From Minisyncoccota bacterium (GTDB lineage: Bacteria > Patescibacteriota > Minisyncoccia > Phycocordibacterales > UBA918): a stretch of 46,613 bases of DNA. The position numbers and the translations under genes are program-made. The notes beneath the pieces are model-generated. The model ran no database searches, was not told the origin of the DNA, and worked only from the letters and a program-made list of their open reading frames with translations. Where the stretch lies: contig JAYVBM010000014.1 of the NCBI GenBank assembly GCA_043750495.1, forward strand, positions 1 to 46,613. The letters run 5' to 3'. Below, one piece after another: positions 15,979 to 25,227 of this stretch. The number at the start of each line of letters is the position of its first letter. The first letter of the stretch is position 1.

Positions 15979-17454
15979 GTGGTGAAAATTAGTAATGCTG
16001 ACATACCGCTCGTTGTACGGCAGACGGCTGAGACGCTGGAAAACGCTGGGTTTGAGGCGTATTTGGTGGGGGGTTGTGTTCGTGATTTGTTGCGGGGCAA
16101 GACTCCAAAGGACTGGGACCTGACTACCGACGCGCATCCTGAGCAAATACAGGAACTCTTTGTGGAACACTATGCTAACAACGACTTTGGAACAATTGGA
16201 GTCAAAACTGAGTCTGAAGACCCTACCCTAGCGGTCATAGAAATCACTCCCTACCGTAGTGAAAGCGGTTACACGGACCTGCGCCGGCCGGATACCGTTA
16301 CTTTTGGTGTTTCACTCGACGAGGACCTCAGTCGCCGAGATTTCACCATTAATGCTCTGGCCTATCGTCCAAAGACAGATACGTTGGTGGACCATTTTGG
16401 GGGCATGGAGGATTTGGCGGCAAAACGTCTCAAAACAGTAGGGGATGCTCATGAGCGATTCAACGAAGACGCCCTGCGCATGATGCGGGCGGTTCGTCTC
16501 GCAGCTGAGCTGGGTTTTGTGATTGAGTCGGCGACTATGACCGCCATCAGTGAAAATAGCTTGCTTTTAAAGCGTATTTCGATCGAACGAGTAGCTGCGG
16601 AGTTCATTCGTATCATCAATTCGGGCGAACCAATGCAAGGAGTTATGCTTCTAGAAAAGTTTGGTTTGTTAGAACACTTCATTCCAGAACTACAGGCTGG
16701 TATCGGCTGCGATCAAAGCGGGATCCACGCCTTTGATGTGTATGAACACAACCTACGCACTCTTCAGGCCGCAGCAGACAAAGACTTTCCCGAACACGTG
16801 CGGATTGCTGCGCTGTTTCATGACATTGGCAAACCCGCCACTAGACGAACTGGTGGTAAAAGTAAGCATTATACTTTCTTCGGACATGAAGTAGTGGGTG
16901 CCAGAATGACCAAGAGCATCCTTGAGCGCCTTAAATTACCGCGTGAAACTATTGATACTGTTGTAAATCTGGTCAGGTGGCACATGTTTTTCTCTGACCC
17001 TGAGCTTATTACACTGGCGGCTGTACGTAGGACTATAGTACGAATCGGGGAAGACCACATCGACGACCTCTTGAATCTTAGAGTCTGCGACCGCATTGGT
17101 ACTGGCCGACCCAAAGAACAACCGTTTCGCTTCCGCAAATACAAGGCGATGGTGGATGAAGCACTACGTGACCCGATTTCGGTAAAAATGCTTAAAATCA
17201 ACGGGGACCAGATCATGGCCAAGACCGACGAAAAGCCTGGAAGGCGGCTAGGCTATGTTTTAAACGCACTTCTAGAAGAAGCTTTAGAGGATAGTACTAA
17301 AAATACTGAGGAATATATGGGAAAAAGGGCCTTGGAACTACTCACTTTAGACGAAGCTGCACTCATAGAGCTATCAGAAGCGGGTAAGCGTAAGCAAGCT
17401 GAAGAGGAGGCTACAGCTCTAAGAGACATCGCAAGAGAGCATAAAGTGGGGTAG
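15979..17454 (+). CDS. cca: CCA-adding tRNA nucleotidyltransferase with HD domain
   Basis: GGCVRDLLRGKTPKDWDLTT plus RRDFTINA (PolyA_pol head) and HDIGKP (HD). TGcTAGAAT at 15967-15975 would fit a leaderless start at the second GTG (15982). Confidence 0.85.
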   Translation: MVKISNADIPLVVRQTAETLENAGFEAYLVGGCVRDLLRGKTPKDWDLTTDAHPEQIQELFVEHYANNDFGTIGVKTESEDPTLAVIEITPYRSESGYTDLRRPDTVTFGVSLDEDLSRRDFTINALAYRPKTDTLVDHFGGMEDLAAKRLKTVGDAHERFNEDALRMMRAVRLAAELGFVIESATMTAISENSLLLKRISIERVAAEFIRIINSGEPMQGVMLLEKFGLLEHFIPELQAGIGCDQSGIHAFDVYEHNLRTLQAAADKDFPEHVRIAALFHDIGKPATRRTGGKSKHYTFFGHEVVGARMTKSILERLKLPRETIDTVVNLVRWHMFFSDPELITLAAVRRTIVRIGEDHIDDLLNLRVCDRIGTGRPKEQPFRFRKYKAMVDEALRDPISVKMLKINGDQIMAKTDEKPGRRLGYVLNALLEEALEDSTKNTEEYMGKRALELLTLDEAALIELSEAGKRKQAEEEATALRDIAREHKVG

Positions 17455-18012
17455 TGTCCTTTAATACAAAAGGAGATCCAGTAAGACTGAATCTCCGAAA
17501 GGTGTCAGGCGATCAGGGTCGTGCCCTAATCAGCTGTACCTCAACACCATGGAATGCCTTGACTATCCTTCTTTCGTCAGATTTTATTGCCAAATACATT
17601 TACCCGCGCCATTGAGGACTTGACTCTCCTAACGGAGACCTGACCCTTGTTCCAGATGTCGACTCACGATCAGATTTGACTGCTCGAGTCCTTGTCGCTC
17701 AAAACCGGAGGTGCTACCCCAAGCCGGATATGGATTTTCAACCATCCCTGACGACTGTATGCGTGGAATTGTGTGTTCTGGAGACCACACTCATCGGTGC
17801 CGCAAGGCTTAATCGACAGCCACATGATAGCATATAGTGAAATAATGTCAAGGGGTCACTATTTAAGCCCCATCTTAGTCAAACAAATAAAATTGGCTGA
17901 CTGGATGAAATTCAAGGTATGCGAAGAAAATGCTCTGAGTGCTATGCCTATAGAGCGAAGAGCATTTTGCTGAAGCATAACGAAGAAGTTCGCCAGTCAG
18001 TCGGTTTTATAT

Positions 18013-18071
18013 AAAAAAGGCCTGAGGAGTCGTGCGACAAGTGTGCTTGTCATCCGACTTCTCAGGCCTTT
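18013..18071. terminator. long imperfect hairpin flanked by A6 and T runs (strongest as a minus-strand terminator)
   Basis: ggcctgaggagtcg..gacaag-tgtg-cttgtc..cgacttctcaggcc: 14-bp stem, internal loop, then a 6-bp stem. Confidence 0.65.
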
Positions 18072-18498
18072 GATTAAAGAGCTGTTTTTTGGAGGATTAT
18101 AGTAATCCAAGTGCGCGCCTATTTGGCTATGGCTAACGCTATCCGAAGCTCTACGTTGTTTGAAATCTTATAGTGATGAATCTTTGTAAGTTTCATCTGA
18201 CTTCTGGGGGTGGGTGTTATGTTTATGAACGTTAGATATTGGAGGTAATATCTTTGTTGGATTTTGGAAGATCTCTTTAAGGGGTACCCCCTGGGACTTG
18301 GTGAGAAATGTTTCTTCTCAAGTCTCAGGAGATTCCTGCTCGCCCTTTCTGGGCCTGCATAGATAATATGTCCTTTACAATATTTCGTAAAGGACAACGC
18401 AGGGGATAAGTGGGGATAACTTGTCCTTTAAAAAATTGACACTCTGGTTTTGACAAATTTAAGAATCGTGTGATTCTGTTTTTGTCTATTTAACCTTG

Positions 18499-19293
18499 CT
18501 AATCAAGGCCAATATCTATAGACACTGGGCAGTGATCGCTTCCGTAGACGTCTGCATGGATGCGTGCACTTTTGACAAGTGGTGCCAAATCTTTTGATAT
18601 CATCACGTAGTCAATCCGCCAACCAACATTGCGCTCGCGCGCATTACCAAAATGTGACCACCACGTGTAGCCTCCATTTTCCTGATTGAAGATACGAAAG
18701 CTATCGATAAAGTTTTTCTTTATCATGGCATCAAAGCCACTGCGCTCTTCGTCGGTGAATCCTTTCTTGCCACGATTCTCTTTGGGTCGGGCGAGGTCCA
18801 GTTCGGTGTGCGCGACATTGAAGTCACCACAGAAGATAACCGGCTTCTCTTGTTGAAGTCTATCCATGTATTCGAGAAAGGCAGGATCCCAGGCCTGACG
18901 CATCGGAATGCGAGAAAGGTCGTCTTTGGCGTTTGGGGTATAGACGGTCGCTACATAAAATCCCTCAAACTCCGCAACAAGGACTCGACCCTCTTTGGTA
19001 GTGTCGCCATGGCTGTCGGCCAGTTGGTACTTGGCGCAAATGTCTTCCGGTAAGCCATTTATAACTTCAAGTGGAGGTATTTTGGTGAAAATTGCCGTCC
19101 CAGAATAGCCTTTTTTCTCAGCGGAACACCAATATTCCTCATAATTAGGTAAATCAACGTCAATTTGGTCTTGACTGGCCTTAGTTTCTTGAATACAGAG
19201 GATATCCGGTTGGTGTTTTTCAATAAATGGCACCAAATCGCCCTTTCGAGCCACCGCACGAATCCCGTTCATATTCCAAGAATAGATTTTCAT
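18499..19293 (-). CDS. xth: exodeoxyribonuclease III (Xth/APE1 family)
   Basis: MKIYSWNMNGIRA..CIQETK..GDFNVAH..SDHCPV motifs. Start taken at ATG 19293. Confidence 0.85.
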   Translation of the reverse strand: MKIYSWNMNGIRAVARKGDLVPFIEKHQPDILCIQETKASQDQIDVDLPNYEEYWCSAEKKGYSGTAIFTKIPPLEVINGLPEDICAKYQLADSHGDTTKEGRVLVAEFEGFYVATVYTPNAKDDLSRIPMRQAWDPAFLEYMDRLQQEKPVIFCGDFNVAHTELDLARPKENRGKKGFTDEERSGFDAMIKKNFIDSFRIFNQENGGYTWWSHFGNARERNVGWRIDYVMISKDLAPLVKSARIHADVYGSDHCPVSIDIGLD

Positions 19294-19475
19294 CCCGCTG
19301 CACAGATTGATGCTGCTGGCACGCGGTGCCAGCGTGTCCATGTATTAAAACCCTTTTTCACAACGCTATAATATCACTTATATTTGACTTCAGCACTAAC
19401 ACAGGATCAATACTTGCTGAGGGATTCATGGCTCAAGTCTACCGCATTACTAAAAAAGTTCGAATTTTATAAATT

Positions 19476-19484
19476 TGGTATAAT
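19476..19484 (+). promoter_or_regulatory. extended -10 TGGTATAAT, 6 nt before ATG 19491 (leaderless-type)
   Basis: TGGTATAATtgtcaaATG. Confidence 0.5.
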
Positions 19485-19490
19485 TGTCAA

Positions 19491-20477
19491 ATGAAAATCT
19501 CTATTGAAGAGCTGGAGGACAAGGTGCTGGCGACGTTTGCAGAAAATGGGTTCTCGCTCGAAGATTCAAAGAGGATTTGGAAATATCTACTTTGGGCTGA
19601 GATGTCTGGAAATTCAACCCAGGGAATCATTAAAATGACTGGTACGGAGCCTCTTCAGAAGATAAAACCAAAGCATGAAATAAAGATAGAGCGGGACAAG
19701 AAAATTTCGCAACTTATTGATGGGGGAGCGAATCCGGCGCCACTTGTAAGTAGCCACGCAGCTGATGTGGCTATTCAAAAAGCAAAAGAGCATGGCTTTG
19801 GAATCGCAGGAGTTCGAAATACTTTCTCAAGCAACGGCGCTCAGGCGTACTACGCTGAGAAAATTGCCGCTGCGGACTTAATCGGAATTGTTTGCAGTCG
19901 TTCGCCGGCTTCAACGACTGGATTTGGAAGCATTGACTCACTCTTTGGCACCAACCCAATCGGGTTTGGTTTTCCAACTAGCGAAGGACCCTTTGTGTTT
20001 GATATGGCAACTTCTGCTATGACATTCTATGGTCTGGTGCTTGCTAAGTCACACGGAGAATCAATTCCAGAAAACATAGCAATAGATAGCGAAGGAAATC
20101 CAACAACAAACCCTAGAGCAGCGATGGATGGGGCTTTGCTATCTTTTGATAGAAGTTACAAGGGCGCGGGGCTTGGAATGATAGTTGAACTACTAGCAGG
20201 ACCACTTGTTAATTCAGCGTGGGTTGATAACAAAACGTTTACCGAAGAATGGGGTTCGCTGTTCATCGCGATTGACCCAGACTTACTTGTTGATGTTGAA
20301 ACTTTCAAAGCAAACGCTACTGACCTAATACAAAAAGTGAAAGCATCGAGGAAAGCACCTGGAATAAGTGAGATAAGAATACCTGGGGAGCAAGGGAGAA
20401 TGATGCGCGCCGAGGCCATGAAAACCCACCTTGTTGATGTTGATGAAACAATACTGAAAGAGTTGGGATATTTATAA
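19491..20477 (+). CDS. Ldh2-family (malate/L-lactate/sulfolactate) dehydrogenase
   Basis: Length and motifs (GIAGVRNT.S.NGA, LFGTNPIGFGFP, MATSAM) match the Ldh_2 family. Confidence 0.75.
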   Translation: MKISIEELEDKVLATFAENGFSLEDSKRIWKYLLWAEMSGNSTQGIIKMTGTEPLQKIKPKHEIKIERDKKISQLIDGGANPAPLVSSHAADVAIQKAKEHGFGIAGVRNTFSSNGAQAYYAEKIAAADLIGIVCSRSPASTTGFGSIDSLFGTNPIGFGFPTSEGPFVFDMATSAMTFYGLVLAKSHGESIPENIAIDSEGNPTTNPRAAMDGALLSFDRSYKGAGLGMIVELLAGPLVNSAWVDNKTFTEEWGSLFIAIDPDLLVDVETFKANATDLIQKVKASRKAPGISEIRIPGEQGRMMRAEAMKTHLVDVDETILKELGYL

Positions 20478-20571
20478 TACCCATGCAAACACAACGTTTT
20501 AAATATAGGAAAGCAGCTGAGCAGGATTAGGTATAAAAATAAGCCACCGGTGCAACAGGTGGCTTATTGAT

Positions 20572-21105
20572 TTATTGTGTACTCTCTGTCTCTTCAGCTA
20601 GGAAGGACTCAATCGAATCAAAGGACGTGATCTGGCCGGTAGATACGCCATAGAGAACTGGGTAGATCCGTTCGGCACTCTGACAAAGTCGAAACATGTT
20701 TCTAAGCAGGATGCTACTATGATCCATCTTGCGCATGGTTTCGACATCATCAACTGCAGTATCGATTGTGGAAGTCAGACAAATACCGATATTAGCTTCA
20801 CTATATTGAAAGGGAATAATCGCCCCCCAAAGAATTTCATACGAAAGAGTATTACACAGTAGTAACGCATCATCATATTCAATAGCAGCAAAATTCATGC
20901 GGCTGCTGTCTGGGTTACAAAACCACAGACATATTTTTACAGCCTGATTGTTGGGTTCCGGCTCGAAGGCCTGCATGATGATTTCAACACCAAACCCTGC
21001 TTCGATTGCCTGAAATGTGAGATGGTCTTCTGCAACTTGGGGTGAAGTACAGAAATTTCTTTCGATGGCTTTGGCAATAAGCTGATGGAACTCGAGCACA
21101 GACAT
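20572..21105 (-). CDS. hypothetical protein (possibly YbjN/secretion-chaperone-like fold)
   Basis: 177-aa acidic ORF followed by the hairpin aataagccacc...ggtggcttatt. The family call is weak. Confidence 0.35.
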   Translation of the reverse strand: MSVLEFHQLIAKAIERNFCTSPQVAEDHLTFQAIEAGFGVEIIMQAFEPEPNNQAVKICLWFCNPDSSRMNFAAIEYDDALLLCNTLSYEILWGAIIPFQYSEANIGICLTSTIDTAVDDVETMRKMDHSSILLRNMFRLCQSAERIYPVLYGVSTGQITSFDSIESFLAEETESTQ

Positions 21106-21209
21106 ATTCTCGCCTCCTCAAAGAACAAACTAATTTATGTTCATAGTGCTCTAGGACATTGTGTTTGTAAAGTCTGGCTGGTTAGGCTTGTTTGCTATAC
21201 TGCATATAT

Positions 21210-22334
21210 ATGTACACTCCACGATTTGAATATAGTCGGAAGTTAATTAATGAGCGGATTTCGGAACTAACATCTTTGTCAGCGCCGTTTGGGTGTACGG
21301 TGCGCTATGCGGTGAAGGCGAATCCGCATGCGGAGATTTTGAAGATAATGGATAGCGGGGGAGTGCACTTTGATGCGAGTTCGAGTTATGAGGCGGAAGG
21401 ACTTTTGCGGGCCGGCGTAGCCGGGCCGCACGTGTCGCTGTCTTCGCAGCAGAGTCCGCATAATCTGTCGGAACTTTTGGAAGCTGGGGTATTGTTTGTG
21501 GCGACTTCGTTTAAGCAACTTGAAATGTTTTTAAAAACGGCGAACAGACCCGACAAGATAGGAGTACGTATTAACCCAGCGATGGGCAGCGGGCACAACA
21601 ATCGCACCAACACCGGGGGAGTGAACTCGAGCTTTGGGATTTGGCATGAGTATGGAGAGCAGATCCGAGAAATGACTGCGGCGGCTCTTGTCACTATCGA
21701 CCGACTACACATTCATATTGGTTCTGGTGCCGACCCTTATGTGTGGGGGCAGGTGATGGATCAAGCGATTGATATTGCGCGCGAGTACCCGGACGTCGCT
21801 TCGCTCAACGTTGGCGGGGGATACAAAGTGCGCCGCATCGGCGCCGAAGTAGAAGCCAACATGACTGACATCTTCGCCACCTTCACCGAAAAGCTCGAAG
21901 CGTTTGCTGGGGAGACTGGTCGGAAACTTCATCTGGAAATTGAACCCGGGACATACTTCATCGCACACGCCGGCACGCTCGTGGCGACAGTGGATGATAT
22001 TGTCGATACGGGAAAGTACGGACACACCTTTCTTCGTCTCAATACCGGCATGAATGACTTCTTGCGCACGACTCTTTATGGCGCACAACACAAGATTGAA
22101 GTCATAAATAACGAAACTGAACTAAACCCATATATAGTGGTCGGTCACAACTGCGAGTCAGGCGACATCTTCACTACCGAAAAAGGCGACCCCGAAAGCG
22201 TTGAGCCAAGAATGCTGAAGAGAGCGAACATTGGCGACACCGTACATATATATGATGTCGGTGCCTACTGCGCGAGTATGCGCGCCAAAGGATACAACTC
22301 ATTTCCTGATGCAACTGAGCTAATGGTGGAGTAG
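21210..22334 (+). CDS. PLP-dependent decarboxylase, Orn/DAP/Arg decarboxylase family 2 (diaminopimelate-decarboxylase-like)
   Basis: YAVKAN (PLP lysine), HIHIGSG, NVGGG, CESGD. TGCTATACT lies 8 nt before ATG 21210. Confidence 0.8.
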   Translation: MYTPRFEYSRKLINERISELTSLSAPFGCTVRYAVKANPHAEILKIMDSGGVHFDASSSYEAEGLLRAGVAGPHVSLSSQQSPHNLSELLEAGVLFVATSFKQLEMFLKTANRPDKIGVRINPAMGSGHNNRTNTGGVNSSFGIWHEYGEQIREMTAAALVTIDRLHIHIGSGADPYVWGQVMDQAIDIAREYPDVASLNVGGGYKVRRIGAEVEANMTDIFATFTEKLEAFAGETGRKLHLEIEPGTYFIAHAGTLVATVDDIVDTGKYGHTFLRLNTGMNDFLRTTLYGAQHKIEVINNETELNPYIVVGHNCESGDIFTTEKGDPESVEPRMLKRANIGDTVHIYDVGAYCASMRAKGYNSFPDATELMVE

Positions 22335-22354
22335 TAAATGTTATAATCTAAAGT

Positions 22355-22732
22355 ATGGAAGGAGGTTGTCACTGTGGAGCAGTTAGATTTAAAACTTCTA
22401 CCAGTCCTTACTGGATTGGAGCTTGTTATTGTACTGATTGTCAAAAAATCAGTGGTGCGACGCATATTGTGTACGCTGGATTTAAAGAAGGACAAGTGGA
22501 TTTGTTAAACGGAACACTGAGAACCTATAAGTCTTCAGAAAAAGTGCAGCGGTCGTTCTGCTCAATTTGTAATTCACCGTTTTCCTTCACTTACAACGAA
22601 CATCCAAATGCGCATTTCATTCCAACTGGTGTCTTTGACGACCCAAGCACTTTGGCTCCCCAGAAACATATATTTGTTTCAAGTAAATTACCGTGGGTAC
22701 ACATAAATGACTCGTATCCTCAAGAACTCTAA
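22355..22732 (+). CDS. GFA/CENP-V-family zinc protein
   Basis: GGCHCGAVRF ... CYCTDCQKISGA ... FCSICNSP cysteine pattern. TGTTATAAT lies 7 nt before the ATG. Confidence 0.8.
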   Translation: MEGGCHCGAVRFKTSTSPYWIGACYCTDCQKISGATHIVYAGFKEGQVDLLNGTLRTYKSSEKVQRSFCSICNSPFSFTYNEHPNAHFIPTGVFDDPSTLAPQKHIFVSSKLPWVHINDSYPQEL

Positions 22733-22753
22733 GATAAGGATCGAATAAATGAT

Positions 22754-23107
22754 GTGGAAAAGCATCGGATTTATACAATGAGTTTTGGGAGCGTGTATCC
22801 GCTCTATATTAAGAAAGCAGAGAGAAAAGGGGGAACGAAAGAAGAGGTAGATGAAATCATCGCCTGGCTCACCGGCTACAAGGGAAGAGCGCTCGCTAGT
22901 GTACTCAGGAAGGAAATAGATTTTGAAACATTTTTTGCTGAAGCACCGAAGCTCAATCCCAAGCGAAAGCTGATTACCGGTGTGGTGTGCGGGGTACGTG
23001 TTGAAGAGATCAAGGAACCACTCATGCGTGAGATACGCTACTTGGATAAACTTGTTGATGAACTAGCTAAGGGTAAAGCGATGGAAAAGATTTTACGTAC
23101 AGAATAA
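22754..23107 (+). CDS. DUF2200-family protein
   Basis: [39 protein letters not shown] resembles DUF2200. GTG start. Confidence 0.6.
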   Translation: MEKHRIYTMSFGSVYPLYIKKAERKGGTKEEVDEIIAWLTGYKGRALASVLRKEIDFETFFAEAPKLNPKRKLITGVVCGVRVEEIKEPLMREIRYLDKLVDELAKGKAMEKILRTE

Positions 23108-23113
23108 TAGGAA

Positions 23114-23147
23114 GGCCTAGCAGACCAAAGTTCCGCTAGGCTTTTTT
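23114..23147 (+). terminator. rho-independent terminator
   Basis: gcctagc...gctaggc followed by tttttt. Confidence 0.6.
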
Positions 23148-23282
23148 GTTTATACATATATATGTATCCCGTTAGAGATTACGAAAGTTTGTAGCGGAGT
23201 GAAACTTTATATAGTAAGGTAGCTTTAATGACTTATCAGAACTCTATAACACGTCGGAAGGCAACTTCCGATTTCTAACGGG

Positions 23283-24530
23283 ATGAATACTAACAATGTG
23301 TGGGACGTAATCGTAATTGGTGGGGGGCCGGCAGGGATGATGGCGGCGGCCACTGCGGCCGGTCGTGGCAAGCGGGTGTTATTGCTGGAGAAAAATCCCC
23401 ACTTAGGGAAGAAGCTTCTAATTACCGGCGGTGGCCGCTGCAATGTCACCAATAACAAGCCAGTCGTACGCGACATGCTGTCGGAGTACAAAGGGGCGGG
23501 TAAGTTTCTTTTTTCTACTTTTACGCAGCATGGAGTTTTAGAATCAACTAAATGGTTCAAGGAGAGAGGGGTGCAGCTGAAAGAAGAAAATGAAGGACGC
23601 TTGTTTCCCGTCACCGACTCAGCCAAAACCATCTTCGACGCACTATCAAATGAACTCAAAAATACGACAGTCACGATCAAAAGCCGAGCTATTGTTAGAG
23701 CTCTTAACTTCAACAAGAAGAGCGAGGTGTTTTCTATCACGTTAGAGAGTGGCGAGATATTGCAGTCACGTTCTTGCGTCATTGCAACAGGTGGAACTTC
23801 CAGGCCTGAGACCGGCTCTACCGGCGATGCTTATATATGGATGAAAAAACTTGGGCATACTGTAGTACCAAACAACTTTGCGCTCGTACCACTCGTCCTC
23901 AAAAATACCTGGACCAATAAGCTCAGTGGCCTCACTCTCGCCGGCATCAAACTCACACTGTTTGCAGATAACAAAAAACAAAGTGTCCATACCGGAAAGC
24001 TACTTTTTACTCACGTTGGTATCACCGGGCCAACGGTACTTAACCTTAGTAAGACAGTGGGAGAGTTACTGGCACACAGTGAAGTGTCTTTAGTTGTTGA
24101 TTTATTTCCAGATAAAGACGCGGGGGAGTTCAAAGTATACCTACGCACACTTCTTACCAATAATTCGAATAAGAAACTGAAAAACGTGTTGGCGGAAATT
24201 GCACCTACAGGGCTGGTCACGGTTCTTTTAAAAGAAATTGGTATCGCTGCTGACACACCGTGTCACAGTGTCACCAGCGCTGACCGCACCACACTGACGC
24301 TGTTCCTCAAGGCGATTCCGCTACAAATAAAAGGACTTTTGGGAGAAGATAAGGCAGTAGTATCCTCCGGTGGTGTTGCCCTGACTGATATTAACTTCAA
24401 AACTATGGAGTCAAAAGTTGTTCCACGCTTATATCTCGTCGGAGATATACTCAACGTCGATCGGCCATCAGGTGGCTATAGTTTGCAGCTCTGTTGGAGT
24501 ACCGGATTTGTGGCAGGTAATAGCGTATAA
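23283..24530 (+). CDS. HI0933/YhiN (BaiN)-family NAD(P)/FAD-dependent oxidoreductase
   Basis: N-terminal VIVIGGGPAGMMAA, GGGRCN, and C-terminal SGGV..VGDILNVDRPSGGYSLQ. Confidence 0.85.
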   Translation: MNTNNVWDVIVIGGGPAGMMAAATAAGRGKRVLLLEKNPHLGKKLLITGGGRCNVTNNKPVVRDMLSEYKGAGKFLFSTFTQHGVLESTKWFKERGVQLKEENEGRLFPVTDSAKTIFDALSNELKNTTVTIKSRAIVRALNFNKKSEVFSITLESGEILQSRSCVIATGGTSRPETGSTGDAYIWMKKLGHTVVPNNFALVPLVLKNTWTNKLSGLTLAGIKLTLFADNKKQSVHTGKLLFTHVGITGPTVLNLSKTVGELLAHSEVSLVVDLFPDKDAGEFKVYLRTLLTNNSNKKLKNVLAEIAPTGLVTVLLKEIGIAADTPCHSVTSADRTTLTLFLKAIPLQIKGLLGEDKAVVSSGGVALTDINFKTMESKVVPRLYLVGDILNVDRPSGGYSLQLCWSTGFVAGNSV

Positions 24531-24576
24531 GAAATGAGGGCAATCAACAGTCCGGCTCTTTTTTCAAAATGGTAAT

Positions 24577-25227
24577 ATGAAACATATGACAATCACAAAG
24601 TTTGGACACTGTTGCATACTTATTGAGGTAAAAGAAAAACGAATTCTCGTTGATCCGGGGCGTTTTAGCACGGGACAAAACCAACTCACAGACATTGATA
24701 TTGTTCTCATTACCCACGAGCACGCGGACCACTGTCACACTGAGTCGGTGCTACAAATAGTAGCAAACAATCCTGATGTAATTATAGTTACCAATACCAG
24801 TGTCGCGACTTTATTGCAAAGCCTTGAAATCGAGGCCCACGTTATTGAAGGAAGAGACAGAGCCAATGTTGCCGATGTTTCTCTCGAAGCTTTTGACGGT
24901 GAGCATGTAGAAATTTTTGAGGAATTTGGTTTAGTGCAAAATACCGGCTACCTTGTTGAAGACCACTTCTTCTTTCCCGGTGACGCCTATACCGTTCCAA
25001 ACAAGCAAGTTAAGGTACTGGCGCTTCCGGTTAGTGGGCCTTGGTGCAAAATAGCTGACGCTATACGGTACGCGCTTGTGGTCAAACCCGCGGTCGCCTT
25101 TCCGGTACATGACGCTACTTTAAACGAAGCGGGTCAGGCCGTGACCTATCCGCACTTTGAAAGAGAGTTAAGTAAGGCAAGTATTGAGTTCTTGGTGTTG
25201 GAGAGTGGGGTAGCGAGAGAGTTTTAA
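24577..25227 (+). CDS. MBL-fold metallo-hydrolase
   Basis: HEHADH motif. TGGTAATAT at 24570-24578 lies 7 nt before a second ATG at 24586, which may be the true leaderless start. Confidence 0.75.
   Translation: MKHMTITKFGHCCILIEVKEKRILVDPGRFSTGQNQLTDIDIVLITHEHADHCHTESVLQIVANNPDVIIVTNTSVATLLQSLEIEAHVIEGRDRANVADVSLEAFDGEHVEIFEEFGLVQNTGYLVEDHFFFPGDAYTVPNKQVKVLALPVSGPWCKIADAIRYALVVKPAVAFPVHDATLNEAGQAVTYPHFERELSKASIEFLVLESGVAREF

Noticed and set aside
15907-16170. The long version of the antitoxin ORF (15625-16170, 181 aa)
   Set aside because: The upstream 88 codons overlap the cca start and promoter on the other strand and have a low-complexity, non-protein-like composition. The RHH domain begins right after the internal ATG at 15906.
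17441-17463. aaagtggggtagtgtcc at the end of cca, which resembles the 3' arm of the hairpin element (aaagttagtgcggggtatagtgtcc)
   Set aside because: The match is short and gapped, lies within the cca coding sequence and stop codon, and has no partner arm. I treat it as coincidence.
18119-18397. A 92-aa minus-strand ORF ending ...NNVELRIALAIAK*, which superficially resembles a tmRNA tag reading frame
   Set aside because: I found no tRNA-like domain on either side: no GGGG..acceptor 5' end, no T-arm (GGTTCGAnTCC) and no CCA-proximal acceptor 3' strand. The distance to the following hairpin is too short for pseudoknots. The ORF has a TTG start inside an inverted repeat and no RBS.
17455-18498. 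RNase P RNA or SRP RNA in the large non-coding gap
   Set aside because: By eye I found none of the defining motifs on either strand: no GAGGAAAGTCC (CR-I), no ACAGAAnCCGGCTTA (CR-V) and no GGAAGCAGCC-type SRP domain IV motif. AAGCCGG (17720) and AAGTCC (17612, complement) are in the wrong order for RNase P. A proper cmscan is still needed.
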